DNA from: Nitrospirota bacterium | GTDB lineage: Bacteria > Nitrospirota > JACRHJ01 | DNA length: 64,000 nt | Direction: 5' to 3' | NCBI GenBank assembly: GCA_021789495.1 | Contig: JAJYJM010000009.1 | Location: 4,004-68,003, forward strand | Made by a program: the position numbers and the translations under genes | The notes under the pieces: generated by a model | Told to the model about the DNA's origin: nothing | Databases searched by the model: none | What the model saw: only the letters and a program-made list of their open reading frames with translations | Shown: one piece after another, positions 46,148-53,701 of the stretch | Position numbering within the stretch: the first letter of the stretch is position 1 | How the letters are laid out: the number at the start of each line of letters is the position of its first letter

Positions 46148-47983
46148 TCAATTCACCGTGGTCTTGTAGCCCAAAGTCCCGCCCGCACCGACCGCCAGGG
46201 GCGAGAGAGTCCATTTGACGCCCGTTACGGGCGCCGCGTCAGAGCTGTTCCATGTAACGCCTCCATCATGACTGAACAAAATCGTCGTGCCCGCGCCCTG
46301 CGCGCTGCCCGTTACGTAAGTCGTGTTTGCCGGGACGTTGTCGAGGAAGATAAGCGCATAGGCTGGCGCGTCCCCGATGTTCTTGTATGTTATCGTGTAG
46401 GTAATCGCGGCTCCGGGCGGCGCGGACGATTTGTCCACGCTCTTGCTCATGCTGATTATCGGGCTTAAGACAAGGAGCGATGCAGTGTTCCCCGTAGAAA
46501 CCGGCCCGAAGTTCGTCCCGGATGCGGCGGCGGTGTTCGTGAAAGTCCCGCCCGTGTTCGGAGTTACGGCCTGGAAGCCAATGGTCTCAGTCCCGCCGAC
46601 GGAGAGTGTCCACGAACCCGACCATGTAAGCGTCTGTCCGGATATTGCCGGGTCGGACGTCGTAAGTCCGGTGGTCGAGCCGGGCTTATACGTGAACCCC
46701 GCCGGGAGCGTGTCCGTGAGGGTTGTCATAGCGCCGGGCAGAGTCCCGGCGGGAGTCGCGGGATTCGTCAGTGTTATGGTATATGTAACGGCGGTGGAAT
46801 CCAGCGCCTGGGTCGGGGAGACTGTTTTCGCAATGCCCACGTTCGGCGAGCTGACCGTAAAGCTGTCGTAGTAGTTGGATACCCCCGTAACGGGGTTTAC
46901 GACGTTTATCCTGTAGACGCCCGGCGTCCAGGAGATCGGTATCGAAAGGAGCGAGGCGCCAAGCGCCTCTCCGTTTCCGTTTGTGGTAATCGTCCCGCTC
47001 CAGAGTTTCGTGGCGCCCGACGGGTCGTACACCTGAACGGCAAGTGCCGTGTTCCAGGGGAAGCCGTAGGCGTTCACGGTCAGGGTCTGGCCGCCGAACC
47101 ATGTGCCCGCGCTGCTGGGCGGGTTGGTGTCCCTCGTGTCGTACAGGAACCCATCCACGCCGGGGTTCCCGAAGGTGAAGAGCGCTGTCTCCGTGAAGTC
47201 CAGGGAAGACCTGCCGGAAGCGGGGTCTATGAAGTAGTCCTTGTTTATCGTGTTCGCTTCCGTCGAGGTGCCGTAGAAAGCCCGGACGGGGGTATTGAGC
47301 GTGATGGGCGCGTTTGCGCCGAGATATGGAGAGCCGGCCTCGAACCACGAAAACGGCACCGTAATGTCCACGGTGAAGATATCCGCGCTGGTCGTCTGGT
47401 TTACCACGCCCGTATCCGTTACCGTCATGTAGCCCGTGCTGTCCGTCCAGGTCGTCCCCGCCCCGCCCGTGCCGTTTTCCGTGATGGCGCCAAGGACGAC
47501 GTTCAGGGGATTGTCCGCCGAGGCGGATGTCCCGTTGAAGAGCATCAGTTCACCGGGAGTGCCGGTCTTGCTTATCTGTACGCACCAGTTCTGCACGGAG
47601 GCGGAGGTCGGGGCCAGCGCGTCGGAGGTGTCGAGGAACACGGCAATGCCTGTGTTGTTGTTCACCTCCCACACGCCCTGGCTGTTCAGGCTTAAGGGGT
47701 TGTTGTTCAGGAGGATACGGAAATAGACGTTACCGGTCGTAGTGCCGTCACTCCCGACGGAGGCCGAGGCCCATGTCCCGTAACCGCCCGTGGGGCCGTC
47801 GGAGGATATGTCCTGGTAATCCTTGAGGCTATTCTCGCCGTTGTCGTCATAGATCGGGTTCCAGTTGTCGCCGCGGTTTATCGTCGCCCAGTTCGCGAAT
47901 ACGGCAAGGGCCGTCCGCGGCGGCAGGACGGAGAAAACGACCAGCAGGCATAAACCAAAGATAACCAGACCTCTCGGTTTCAT
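46148..47983 (-). CDS. Secreted 611-aa protein: unrecognised N-terminal ~380-aa domain plus two C-terminal DUF11-type repeats
   Basis: The signal peptide is LLVVFSVLPPRTALA. The DUF11 repeats are VTYTITLTNPATPAGTLPGAMTTLTDTLPAGFTYKPGS and ITYTITYKNIGDAPAYALIFLDNVPANTTYVTGSA. An AAGGAG RBS is present. Confidence 0.8.
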   Translation of the reverse strand: MKPRGLVIFGLCLLVVFSVLPPRTALAVFANWATINRGDNWNPIYDDNGENSLKDYQDISSDGPTGGYGTWASASVGSDGTTTGNVYFRILLNNNPLSLNSQGVWEVNNNTGIAVFLDTSDALAPTSASVQNWCVQISKTGTPGELMLFNGTSASADNPLNVVLGAITENGTGGAGTTWTDSTGYMTVTDTGVVNQTTSADIFTVDITVPFSWFEAGSPYLGANAPITLNTPVRAFYGTSTEANTINKDYFIDPASGRSSLDFTETALFTFGNPGVDGFLYDTRDTNPPSSAGTWFGGQTLTVNAYGFPWNTALAVQVYDPSGATKLWSGTITTNGNGEALGASLLSIPISWTPGVYRINVVNPVTGVSNYYDSFTVSSPNVGIAKTVSPTQALDSTAVTYTITLTNPATPAGTLPGAMTTLTDTLPAGFTYKPGSTTGLTTSDPAISGQTLTWSGSWTLSVGGTETIGFQAVTPNTGGTFTNTAAASGTNFGPVSTGNTASLLVLSPIISMSKSVDKSSAPPGAAITYTITYKNIGDAPAYALIFLDNVPANTTYVTGSAQGAGTTILFSHDGGVTWNSSDAAPVTGVKWTLSPLAVGAGGTLGYKTTVN

Positions 47984-47998
47984 CTCTCAGATCTCTCC

Positions 47999-48220
47999 TT
48001 AAGCGTTGAAACCGAACCGCTTGAACTGGTCGTCCAGCCAGAGCTTTTCGACCTGCGCCAGCTTCTTCATGTCCATCGAGGCCACAATCCGGCGCTCCAT
48101 GTCCGTTAAGTCGTATCCCTCCTCGAAGCAGGCGACTTCCAGTTCGCGCCCGGCCCTATCTCGAAAATGCGCGTCGGTAATCAGGCGTCCTATAAGCTGT
48201 TCCACGGCTTTCTGCGACAT
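47999..48220 (-). CDS. 73-aa leaderless helical protein, the first gene behind the sigma54 promoter, with an N-terminus reminiscent of Nif11/NHLP-clan small proteins
   Basis: The start is set at MSQKAVEQLIGRLITDAHFR, with AAGGAG 8 nt upstream. The listed ORF start at 48304 would run through the promoter. It has no signal peptide, one Cys, and no Gly-Gly/core region. Confidence 0.65.
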   Translation of the reverse strand: MSQKAVEQLIGRLITDAHFRDRAGRELEVACFEEGYDLTDMERRIVASMDMKKLAQVEKLWLDDQFKRFGFNA

Positions 48221-48275
48221 ATTGGTTATCTCCTTTTTAACGGGGTTAATTGTCAACTTAATAATCATGGATAGT

Positions 48276-48291
48276 TGCAAATGTCGTGCCA
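48276..48291 (-). promoter_or_regulatory. sigma54 (RpoN) promoter: TGGCAC-GACAT-TTGCA on the minus strand
   Basis: The plus strand reads TGCAA-ATGTC-GTGCCA at 48276-48291. This is an exact match to the -24 TGGCAC / -12 TTGC consensus with the canonical spacing. It lies about 55 nt upstream of the ATG at 48220. Confidence 0.85.
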
Positions 48292-48347
48292 TGCGAAATA
48301 ACACAATAAATTCAATATGTTATATAGAAATTACGGATTCTTGCCGT

Positions 48348-48362
48348 GGCCCAATAAGGGCC
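48348..48362. promoter_or_regulatory. Palindromic candidate enhancer (UAS) site 1: GGCCC-AATAA-GGGCC
   Basis: The extended shared motif is TGGCCCAAT-nn-GGGCCG-(g)AGG. The site is 57-71 bp upstream of the sigma54 promoter. Confidence 0.5.
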
Positions 48363-48474
48363 GGAGGAAAGCTGCTTGGTAAGGATTGGGCAAACCTGGG
48401 GCGTAGCTTATTTTGGATATTTACTTTTAAAATTAATTGGTTAGATAGGGGAGCGGGATTTTTCGGAAGGACTT

Positions 48475-48489
48475 GGCCCAATCCGGGCC
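48475..48489. promoter_or_regulatory. Palindromic candidate enhancer (UAS) site 2: GGCCC-AATCC-GGGCC
   Basis: It carries the same extended motif as site 1. The two centres are 127 bp apart, and an AT-rich tract lies between them. Confidence 0.5.
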
Positions 48490-48527
48490 GAGGATAGCCC
48501 AAAAGGGCTATTTTTAACCATAGCGGG

Positions 48528-49907
48528 TTATTCTTTTTCCATAGTGGAGAGCTTTTTCCTGTTGAACATCTTCCGGTTGATTTTCAGGCGCTGGGCGGCA
48601 AGGGTCTTGTTGCCTCCGCAACACTTTAAGGTCTCCTCCAGGATAGTGTTAACCACGGCGTCGAGCGAGAAACTCTCATCGTCGAGTTTAAGCTGTATGC
48701 CCATGCCGCCTATGGAGACCGTATCGGGATTCCTGTTAATCACCAGGTGTTCCGGACGGATAAGCTCGTCGTTCACGAGAATGGCGGCCCGCTCCAGGCA
48801 GTTCCGGAGCTCGCGCACGTTCCCCGGCCAGTCGTATGCCATCAGCACTTCTATCGCCTTGTGGGATATTCCGGGAAGCGGTTTGCCGAGATGATGCCGG
48901 AAAACGGGAAGGAAGAAATCTACAAACAGCATGATGTCTTCCTTGCGCTCCCGAAGCGGCGGGATGACAATCGGGAAGACGTTCAGGCGGTGGAACAGGT
49001 CTTCCCTGAATTTTTCCTGCCGGACGAGTTCCCTTAAGTCCCGGTGCGTAGCAGCAATAACACGGAAATCTATCGGAAGCTCCCGGTCGGAGCCTATCTT
49101 GTAATAAGTCCTCTCCTCAAGCACCCTCAGGAGCTTGGCCTGCAAGGGAAGCGGCATGTCGCCGATTTCGTCGAACAGAAGTGTGCCGCCGTGCGCCAGC
49201 GCGAACTTCCCTACCCTGTCCCTGTCGGCCCCGGTGAACGCGCCCTTGACATGACCGAAGAGCTCGCTCTCAAGCAGCGTATCCGGGACGGACGCGCAGT
49301 TGACGCCGACGAAATTGGACGGCAGGCCCCCGCTGACGAAATGAACGGCTCTTGAGAGAACCTCCTTGCCCACGCCGCTTTCCCCTAGTATCAGGACTGT
49401 CGTCTGGTGCAGCGATGCAACCCTCTCGGCCAGCACCAGCGCATGGCGCATCCGGGGAGACTGGGTTGTGATTGACTGGAAGCTGTATTTCGAGGCGAGG
49501 TGTTTTCTGAACCCGGAGTTCTCTCTTGCCAGGCAGCCGTAATCGAGCGCCCGTTTTATTACCATCGCCAGCTCGTCCGGCGGAGAGTTCTTCTCGAGAT
49601 AATCGAACGCGCCGCTCTTCATGGCCGTCACAGCCGTCCCGACGCCGCCCTGGGCGGTAAGGATAATAAACGGCGTATCGTCGCCCCTGCCCCTGAGGAC
49701 GCGCAAGAACCCGATTCCGTCCAGCCCCGGCATTACCAGGTCGGAAACGATAAGCTCGTAATCCTCGTCTTCAAGGACCTTGATTGCTTCTTCGGCGGAT
49801 TTCGCAACGGAAACCTCATACCCCATACCGCCCAGCATATCCTTCAACAGATGGGCGCAACTGTCGCTATCCTCTACAATCAGAATGCGTTCGCTGGACA
49901 TAATCAA
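48528..49907 (-). CDS. NtrC-family sigma54-dependent response regulator (REC - AAA+ - Fis-type HTH)
   Basis: 459 aa. The REC domain is ILIVEDSD...[10 protein letters not shown]. Walker A is GESGVGKE, the GAFTGA loop is present, and ESELFGH follows. The C-terminal HTH is [16 protein letters not shown]. Confidence 0.93.
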   Translation of the reverse strand: MIMSSERILIVEDSDSCAHLLKDMLGGMGYEVSVAKSAEEAIKVLEDEDYELIVSDLVMPGLDGIGFLRVLRGRGDDTPFIILTAQGGVGTAVTAMKSGAFDYLEKNSPPDELAMVIKRALDYGCLARENSGFRKHLASKYSFQSITTQSPRMRHALVLAERVASLHQTTVLILGESGVGKEVLSRAVHFVSGGLPSNFVGVNCASVPDTLLESELFGHVKGAFTGADRDRVGKFALAHGGTLLFDEIGDMPLPLQAKLLRVLEERTYYKIGSDRELPIDFRVIAATHRDLRELVRQEKFREDLFHRLNVFPIVIPPLRERKEDIMLFVDFFLPVFRHHLGKPLPGISHKAIEVLMAYDWPGNVRELRNCLERAAILVNDELIRPEHLVINRNPDTVSIGGMGIQLKLDDESFSLDAVVNTILEETLKCCGGNKTLAAQRLKINRKMFNRKKLSTMEKE

Positions 49908-50086
49908 CGCTCGCCTTGATTCATCGAACTAAACCCTATTCTAATTTCTTAAAGCAAAACGGTCAAGAATAAAAAATTTCCGCTTTCCAAACCAATCATA
50001 ATACTTGCGCGCCGATTTTACAAATTATAATAAACAATAATGTTATTAGTGATAGCTATCAGGGCTGATGCAACTCATTTCATACT

Positions 50087-50160
50087 GTCATTCTGAGGCA
50101 CCAGCCGAAGAATCCGCTTGTAAATTATTAATGCAGATTCTTCGCTCTGCTCAGAATGAC
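50087..50160. repeat. Full palindromic copy of the GTCATTCTGAG...GAAGAATCC repeat family
   Basis: The sequence is GTCATTCTGAGgcaccagccGAAGAATCC ... GATTCTTCgctctgCTCAGAATGAC. Confidence 0.85.
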
Positions 50161-50230
50161 ATACTGCACGCGTCTCCGGCTTTGTAGGGGGCAAATTTCC
50201 TGCAATTCTGACGTCCGCGCCGGGGACGGA

Positions 50231-51763
50231 TTATATCAGCTTTCTGTCGAGGCTTCTGTATTGTATCGCCTCGGAAACATCCTGGGCCTGAATGCTCTCG
50301 CGGTTTGCCAGGTCGGCTATCGTGCGGGCTACCTTGATAATTCGGTTGTATGCGCGGGCGGAGAGGCCGAGCCGCTCCACGGCGTGCTCGAGGAGGGAAT
50401 GGGTTTTGTCGTCCACGGCGCAGAAGCGCTTCAGGTGCCTGGGCTTCATCTGGGAATTGCAGTAAATGCCGTCCCCGCCAAGCCTTTCAAGCTGTATATT
50501 CCGCGCCCTGTTCACCCTTTCGCGCACTTTTTCTGAGCTTTCCCCCGGACGGTCGTCGGAAAGCTCACGATACTTCACGGACGGGACTTCCACGTGCAGG
50601 TCTATCCTGTCCAAAAGCGGCCCGGATACGCGCGCGCGGTAGCGCTGTATCTGGTTCGGTGTGCACGTGCACTGGTGAGAGCTGTCCGTATGAAACCCGC
50701 AGGGGCAGGGGTTCATGGCCGCGACGAGCATAAAGGACGCGGGGAAGGTTATGGAGGCCGTGGCGCGGGAGATGGTCACCTGCCTGTCCTCCAGCGGCTG
50801 GCGCAGGACTTCAAGGGCGTTCCTGTGGAATTCCGGCAGCTCGTCGAGGAACAATACCCCGTTATGCGAAAGGCTGACCTCGCCCGGCTTCGGGTATGCG
50901 CCTCCGCCGATAAGCCCCGCGTCGGAAATGGTATGGTGCGGGCTTCTGAAAGGCCGGGTGGCCACGAGCGGCATGTCCGGCGGGATAAGACCTGCGACGC
51001 TGTGGACTTTGGTCGTCTCGATGGCCTCGTCGAAGCCCATGTCCGGGAGCACGGTCACAAGCCTCCTGGCGAGCATGGTTTTGCCGGAGCCGGGCGGGCC
51101 TATCATCAGGACGTTATGTCCACCGGCAGCGGCAATCTCAAGCGCCCTTTTTACGTGCTCCTGGCCCTTGACCTCGGAGAAGTCCTCCAGATACCTGGAG
51201 TTTTCCTGGAACAGGCGCGATATATCCATCCGGAATTTCTGAAGAATCCCCTCGCCCCGAAAGAACTCCACCACGGAGGCGAGGTCGTTTGCCCCGTAAA
51301 CGTCCACGCCGCCTACAACAGCCGCCTCTTTCGCGTTCGCGTGAGGCAGTATGAGGCCCTTTAACCCCGCTGCGGACGCCTTCACGGCCATCGAAAGCGC
51401 GCCCCGGACGGGTTTTATGCGCCCGTCGAGAGAGAGCTCCCCGACAATCATATACCCGGACAAGGCTTCCTGCTGAAGGATACCTTCCGAGGCGATAATG
51501 CCGAGGGCTATCGGGAGGTCGAAGGCGGAGCCCTCCTTCTTTACGTTGGCCGGGGCCAGGTTTATGACAATCTGCTTGAGCGGGAAGTCGAAGCCGTTGT
51601 TCTTGAGCGCGGAACGGACCCTGTCCTTGCTCTCTTTTATAGCCGCGTCCGGAAGCCCCACCGTGGCGAAATAAGGAAGACCCCTCGCCGTTACATCTAC
51701 CTCCACGTCAACCACGTATGCGTCTATCCCCAGCACGGCGCTTGAGGTTATTTTTGAAAGCAA
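50231..51763 (-). CDS. comM: YifB/ComM-family Mg-chelatase-like AAA+ ATPase
   Basis: 510 aa with an N-terminal Lon-protease-like domain. Walker A is GPPGSGKT, and [10 protein letters not shown] and the C-terminal ChlI-like region are present. Confidence 0.9.
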   Translation of the reverse strand: MLSKITSSAVLGIDAYVVDVEVDVTARGLPYFATVGLPDAAIKESKDRVRSALKNNGFDFPLKQIVINLAPANVKKEGSAFDLPIALGIIASEGILQQEALSGYMIVGELSLDGRIKPVRGALSMAVKASAAGLKGLILPHANAKEAAVVGGVDVYGANDLASVVEFFRGEGILQKFRMDISRLFQENSRYLEDFSEVKGQEHVKRALEIAAAGGHNVLMIGPPGSGKTMLARRLVTVLPDMGFDEAIETTKVHSVAGLIPPDMPLVATRPFRSPHHTISDAGLIGGGAYPKPGEVSLSHNGVLFLDELPEFHRNALEVLRQPLEDRQVTISRATASITFPASFMLVAAMNPCPCGFHTDSSHQCTCTPNQIQRYRARVSGPLLDRIDLHVEVPSVKYRELSDDRPGESSEKVRERVNRARNIQLERLGGDGIYCNSQMKPRHLKRFCAVDDKTHSLLEHAVERLGLSARAYNRIIKVARTIADLANRESIQAQDVSEAIQYRSLDRKLI

Positions 51764-51844
51764 ATCAGCACTCCTTATTTAAAAATTGAGGGATTATAAC
51801 CGCAAGAGGGGGCAGACCGCAAGCCATTTATGGATAAATAAGGT

Positions 51845-51873
51845 TTGACTTGTATTTTTTAATTTTATAAAAT
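51845..51873 (+). promoter_or_regulatory. sigma70-type promoter candidate (TTGACT - 17 nt - TAAAAT)
   Basis: The hexamers were read directly, 58 nt upstream of the HEAT-repeat gene. Confidence 0.45.
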
Positions 51874-51931
51874 ACAGCGTTACATTCTTTTCCAAGCCTG
51901 TAGCCCAATAAACGCAGAGAGACAGGGTGAT

Positions 51932-53698
51932 ATGGACGAGTTGTTCCAGAAAAGCCCGGAGCAGTCCTTAAAACAGCCGGAAGAGGCGTCTTCCGTCCCG
52001 GAGGTCGAGCTTAAGGCGGTGCGCGAGCTTCTGCAATCCCTCCTCAAGACCAAGCGCGCCTTCGAGATGTACCCGGCCAATAATCCCATCCTCGTGAAGT
52101 TTCAGGACGACATATGCCGCAGGTTCGACGATTTCTTCAATGACGCCGACAAGCTGCCCCTGCTCATACGCCAGCAGGAGATACTCTACAAGGGTCAGAA
52201 CGTATACAAGAACGCGGAAAAGGACGATAACCTGGCTCTCCTGTTCTACAAGGACGGCCTGCGCGACCTCACCTTCCTCGAAGGCTTCTCCCATGAAGAG
52301 CTTATGGACTTCATCGAGGTCATAAGGGCGAAGCCGGATACCCTGAGCGAGAACTGGGACGACGACATCGTCACACTCCTGTGGGAGAAGGACTTCGCGC
52401 ATCTGCGGTATTATGTCGTCGAGGAGTTCTCCGACGGAGAGGCCATGTCCGAGGAAGAGGCGCAGAGGCTCCTCGCCGGGGAGAGCAATGACGACCTCTC
52501 GGAAGCGTACAAAGACGCGGACGAGGGCAAGGATAAGGAAATATTTTCGCCGCTCGAATCCATCTCGATGGGGTTCAAGGGCGTTTTCAGCCTAGGCGAG
52601 GAGGAAGTAAAGACCCTGAAGGACGAGATAGAGGGGCTGACCGACGAGAAGTTCCTCGACGAGGCCATATACTGCCTCTTCGAGAGCCTCTTCATAGAAA
52701 AAGGCTCTCCTGATTTCGAGCTGATTGCGGGAAGCCTCGAATCGGCGCTCTCATATCTCGTGCATACCGGCGGCTTCAGGACGGCCTCCAATATCCTGAA
52801 GAGATTCAGGGAGCTTTCGGGCGGAGAGGGCTTCAGCCGGCACGAGACCGAGCGGCTGAAGACCGCGATAACCCGCGCGGGGAGCGAGAGCCGGGCAAAG
52901 ATACTCTCGGAGGTATTAAACAGCGGCAGGGAGATAAACATCGACGACTTCCGGCAGTACCTGGGGCAGCTCGACCGCGCCTCCATAATCCCGCTGTCGA
53001 ACCTTATGGGTGAAGTGCAGGACATAAAATACCGCAAGACCCTAATAGACGCCCTTGTATCCCTCGGCAGGGACAACATAGACGTGCTGGCCGCCGGTCT
53101 TAAGAGCGGGCAGTGGTATATAGTCCGGAACGTCGCCGCGATACTCGGCAGGATAGGCGACAAAAAGGCCCTGGAATACCTGAAACAGGCCGTGAAACAC
53201 CCGGAGCCGAAGGTGCGCCGCGAGGTCGTGCGCGCTCTCGGCATGGTCGGCGGCCCGAAGGCCGGGGAGATACTCCTCGAAGTGCTCGACGACACGGACC
53301 CGCAGATAAGAATGGCGGCGCTACGGTACCTTCCTCAGGCCCAGAACTACTCCGTCCTCGACGTGCTCGTGGAAGTCATAACGCGCCAGGATTTCGAGGA
53401 AAAGGCGCTCTCCGAAAAGCGCGTGTTCTTTGAGGTGCTGGCCGAGATAGGCCAGGAAAAGGTCATGCCGTTCATGATAAAGCTCCTCAAGAGAAAGAGC
53501 TTCCTGTTCGGCAGCGTCAAGAACGAGGAGATGCGCGTCTCGGCGGCGTACGGCCTCGGCAACATCCGCCACAAGGACTCGCTTAAAGCCCTTGAGTCCG
53601 TCTCGGCTCACGCAAAGAAGGGAAGCGCGCTCTATGAGGCCGTATCCTATTCCGTCCACAAGCTCGCCGGGACGGACGGCGCCGCCCAGGAGGCCTAA
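51932..53698 (+). CDS. HEAT/armadillo-type helical repeat protein
   Basis: 588 aa. The C-terminal half has canonical PBS-lyase/HEAT units, for example VRNVAAILGRIGDKKALEYL, KVRREVVRALGMVGGPKA and QIRMAALRYL. Confidence 0.7.
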   Translation: MDELFQKSPEQSLKQPEEASSVPEVELKAVRELLQSLLKTKRAFEMYPANNPILVKFQDDICRRFDDFFNDADKLPLLIRQQEILYKGQNVYKNAEKDDNLALLFYKDGLRDLTFLEGFSHEELMDFIEVIRAKPDTLSENWDDDIVTLLWEKDFAHLRYYVVEEFSDGEAMSEEEAQRLLAGESNDDLSEAYKDADEGKDKEIFSPLESISMGFKGVFSLGEEEVKTLKDEIEGLTDEKFLDEAIYCLFESLFIEKGSPDFELIAGSLESALSYLVHTGGFRTASNILKRFRELSGGEGFSRHETERLKTAITRAGSESRAKILSEVLNSGREINIDDFRQYLGQLDRASIIPLSNLMGEVQDIKYRKTLIDALVSLGRDNIDVLAAGLKSGQWYIVRNVAAILGRIGDKKALEYLKQAVKHPEPKVRREVVRALGMVGGPKAGEILLEVLDDTDPQIRMAALRYLPQAQNYSVLDVLVEVITRQDFEEKALSEKRVFFEVLAEIGQEKVMPFMIKLLKRKSFLFGSVKNEEMRVSAAYGLGNIRHKDSLKALESVSAHAKKGSALYEAVSYSVHKLAGTDGAAQEA

Positions 53699-53701
53699 AG
53701 G

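Noticed and set aside
47999-48220. Interpretation of the 73-aa protein as a RiPP precursor
   Set aside because: The N-terminus only resembles NHLP/Nif11-type leaders. There is no Gly-Gly or Gly-Ala cleavage motif and no Cys/Ser/Thr-rich core. No modification enzyme or peptidase-ABC exporter lies nearby. It is kept as a hypothesis to test, not a call.
48494-48511. Hairpin ATAGCCC-aaaa-GGGCTAT just downstream of the NtrC-type gene
   Set aside because: The T-run follows it only on the plus strand, where no gene precedes it. On the minus strand the run is on the wrong side. It may be a weak terminator or part of the UAS region, and I cannot decide which.
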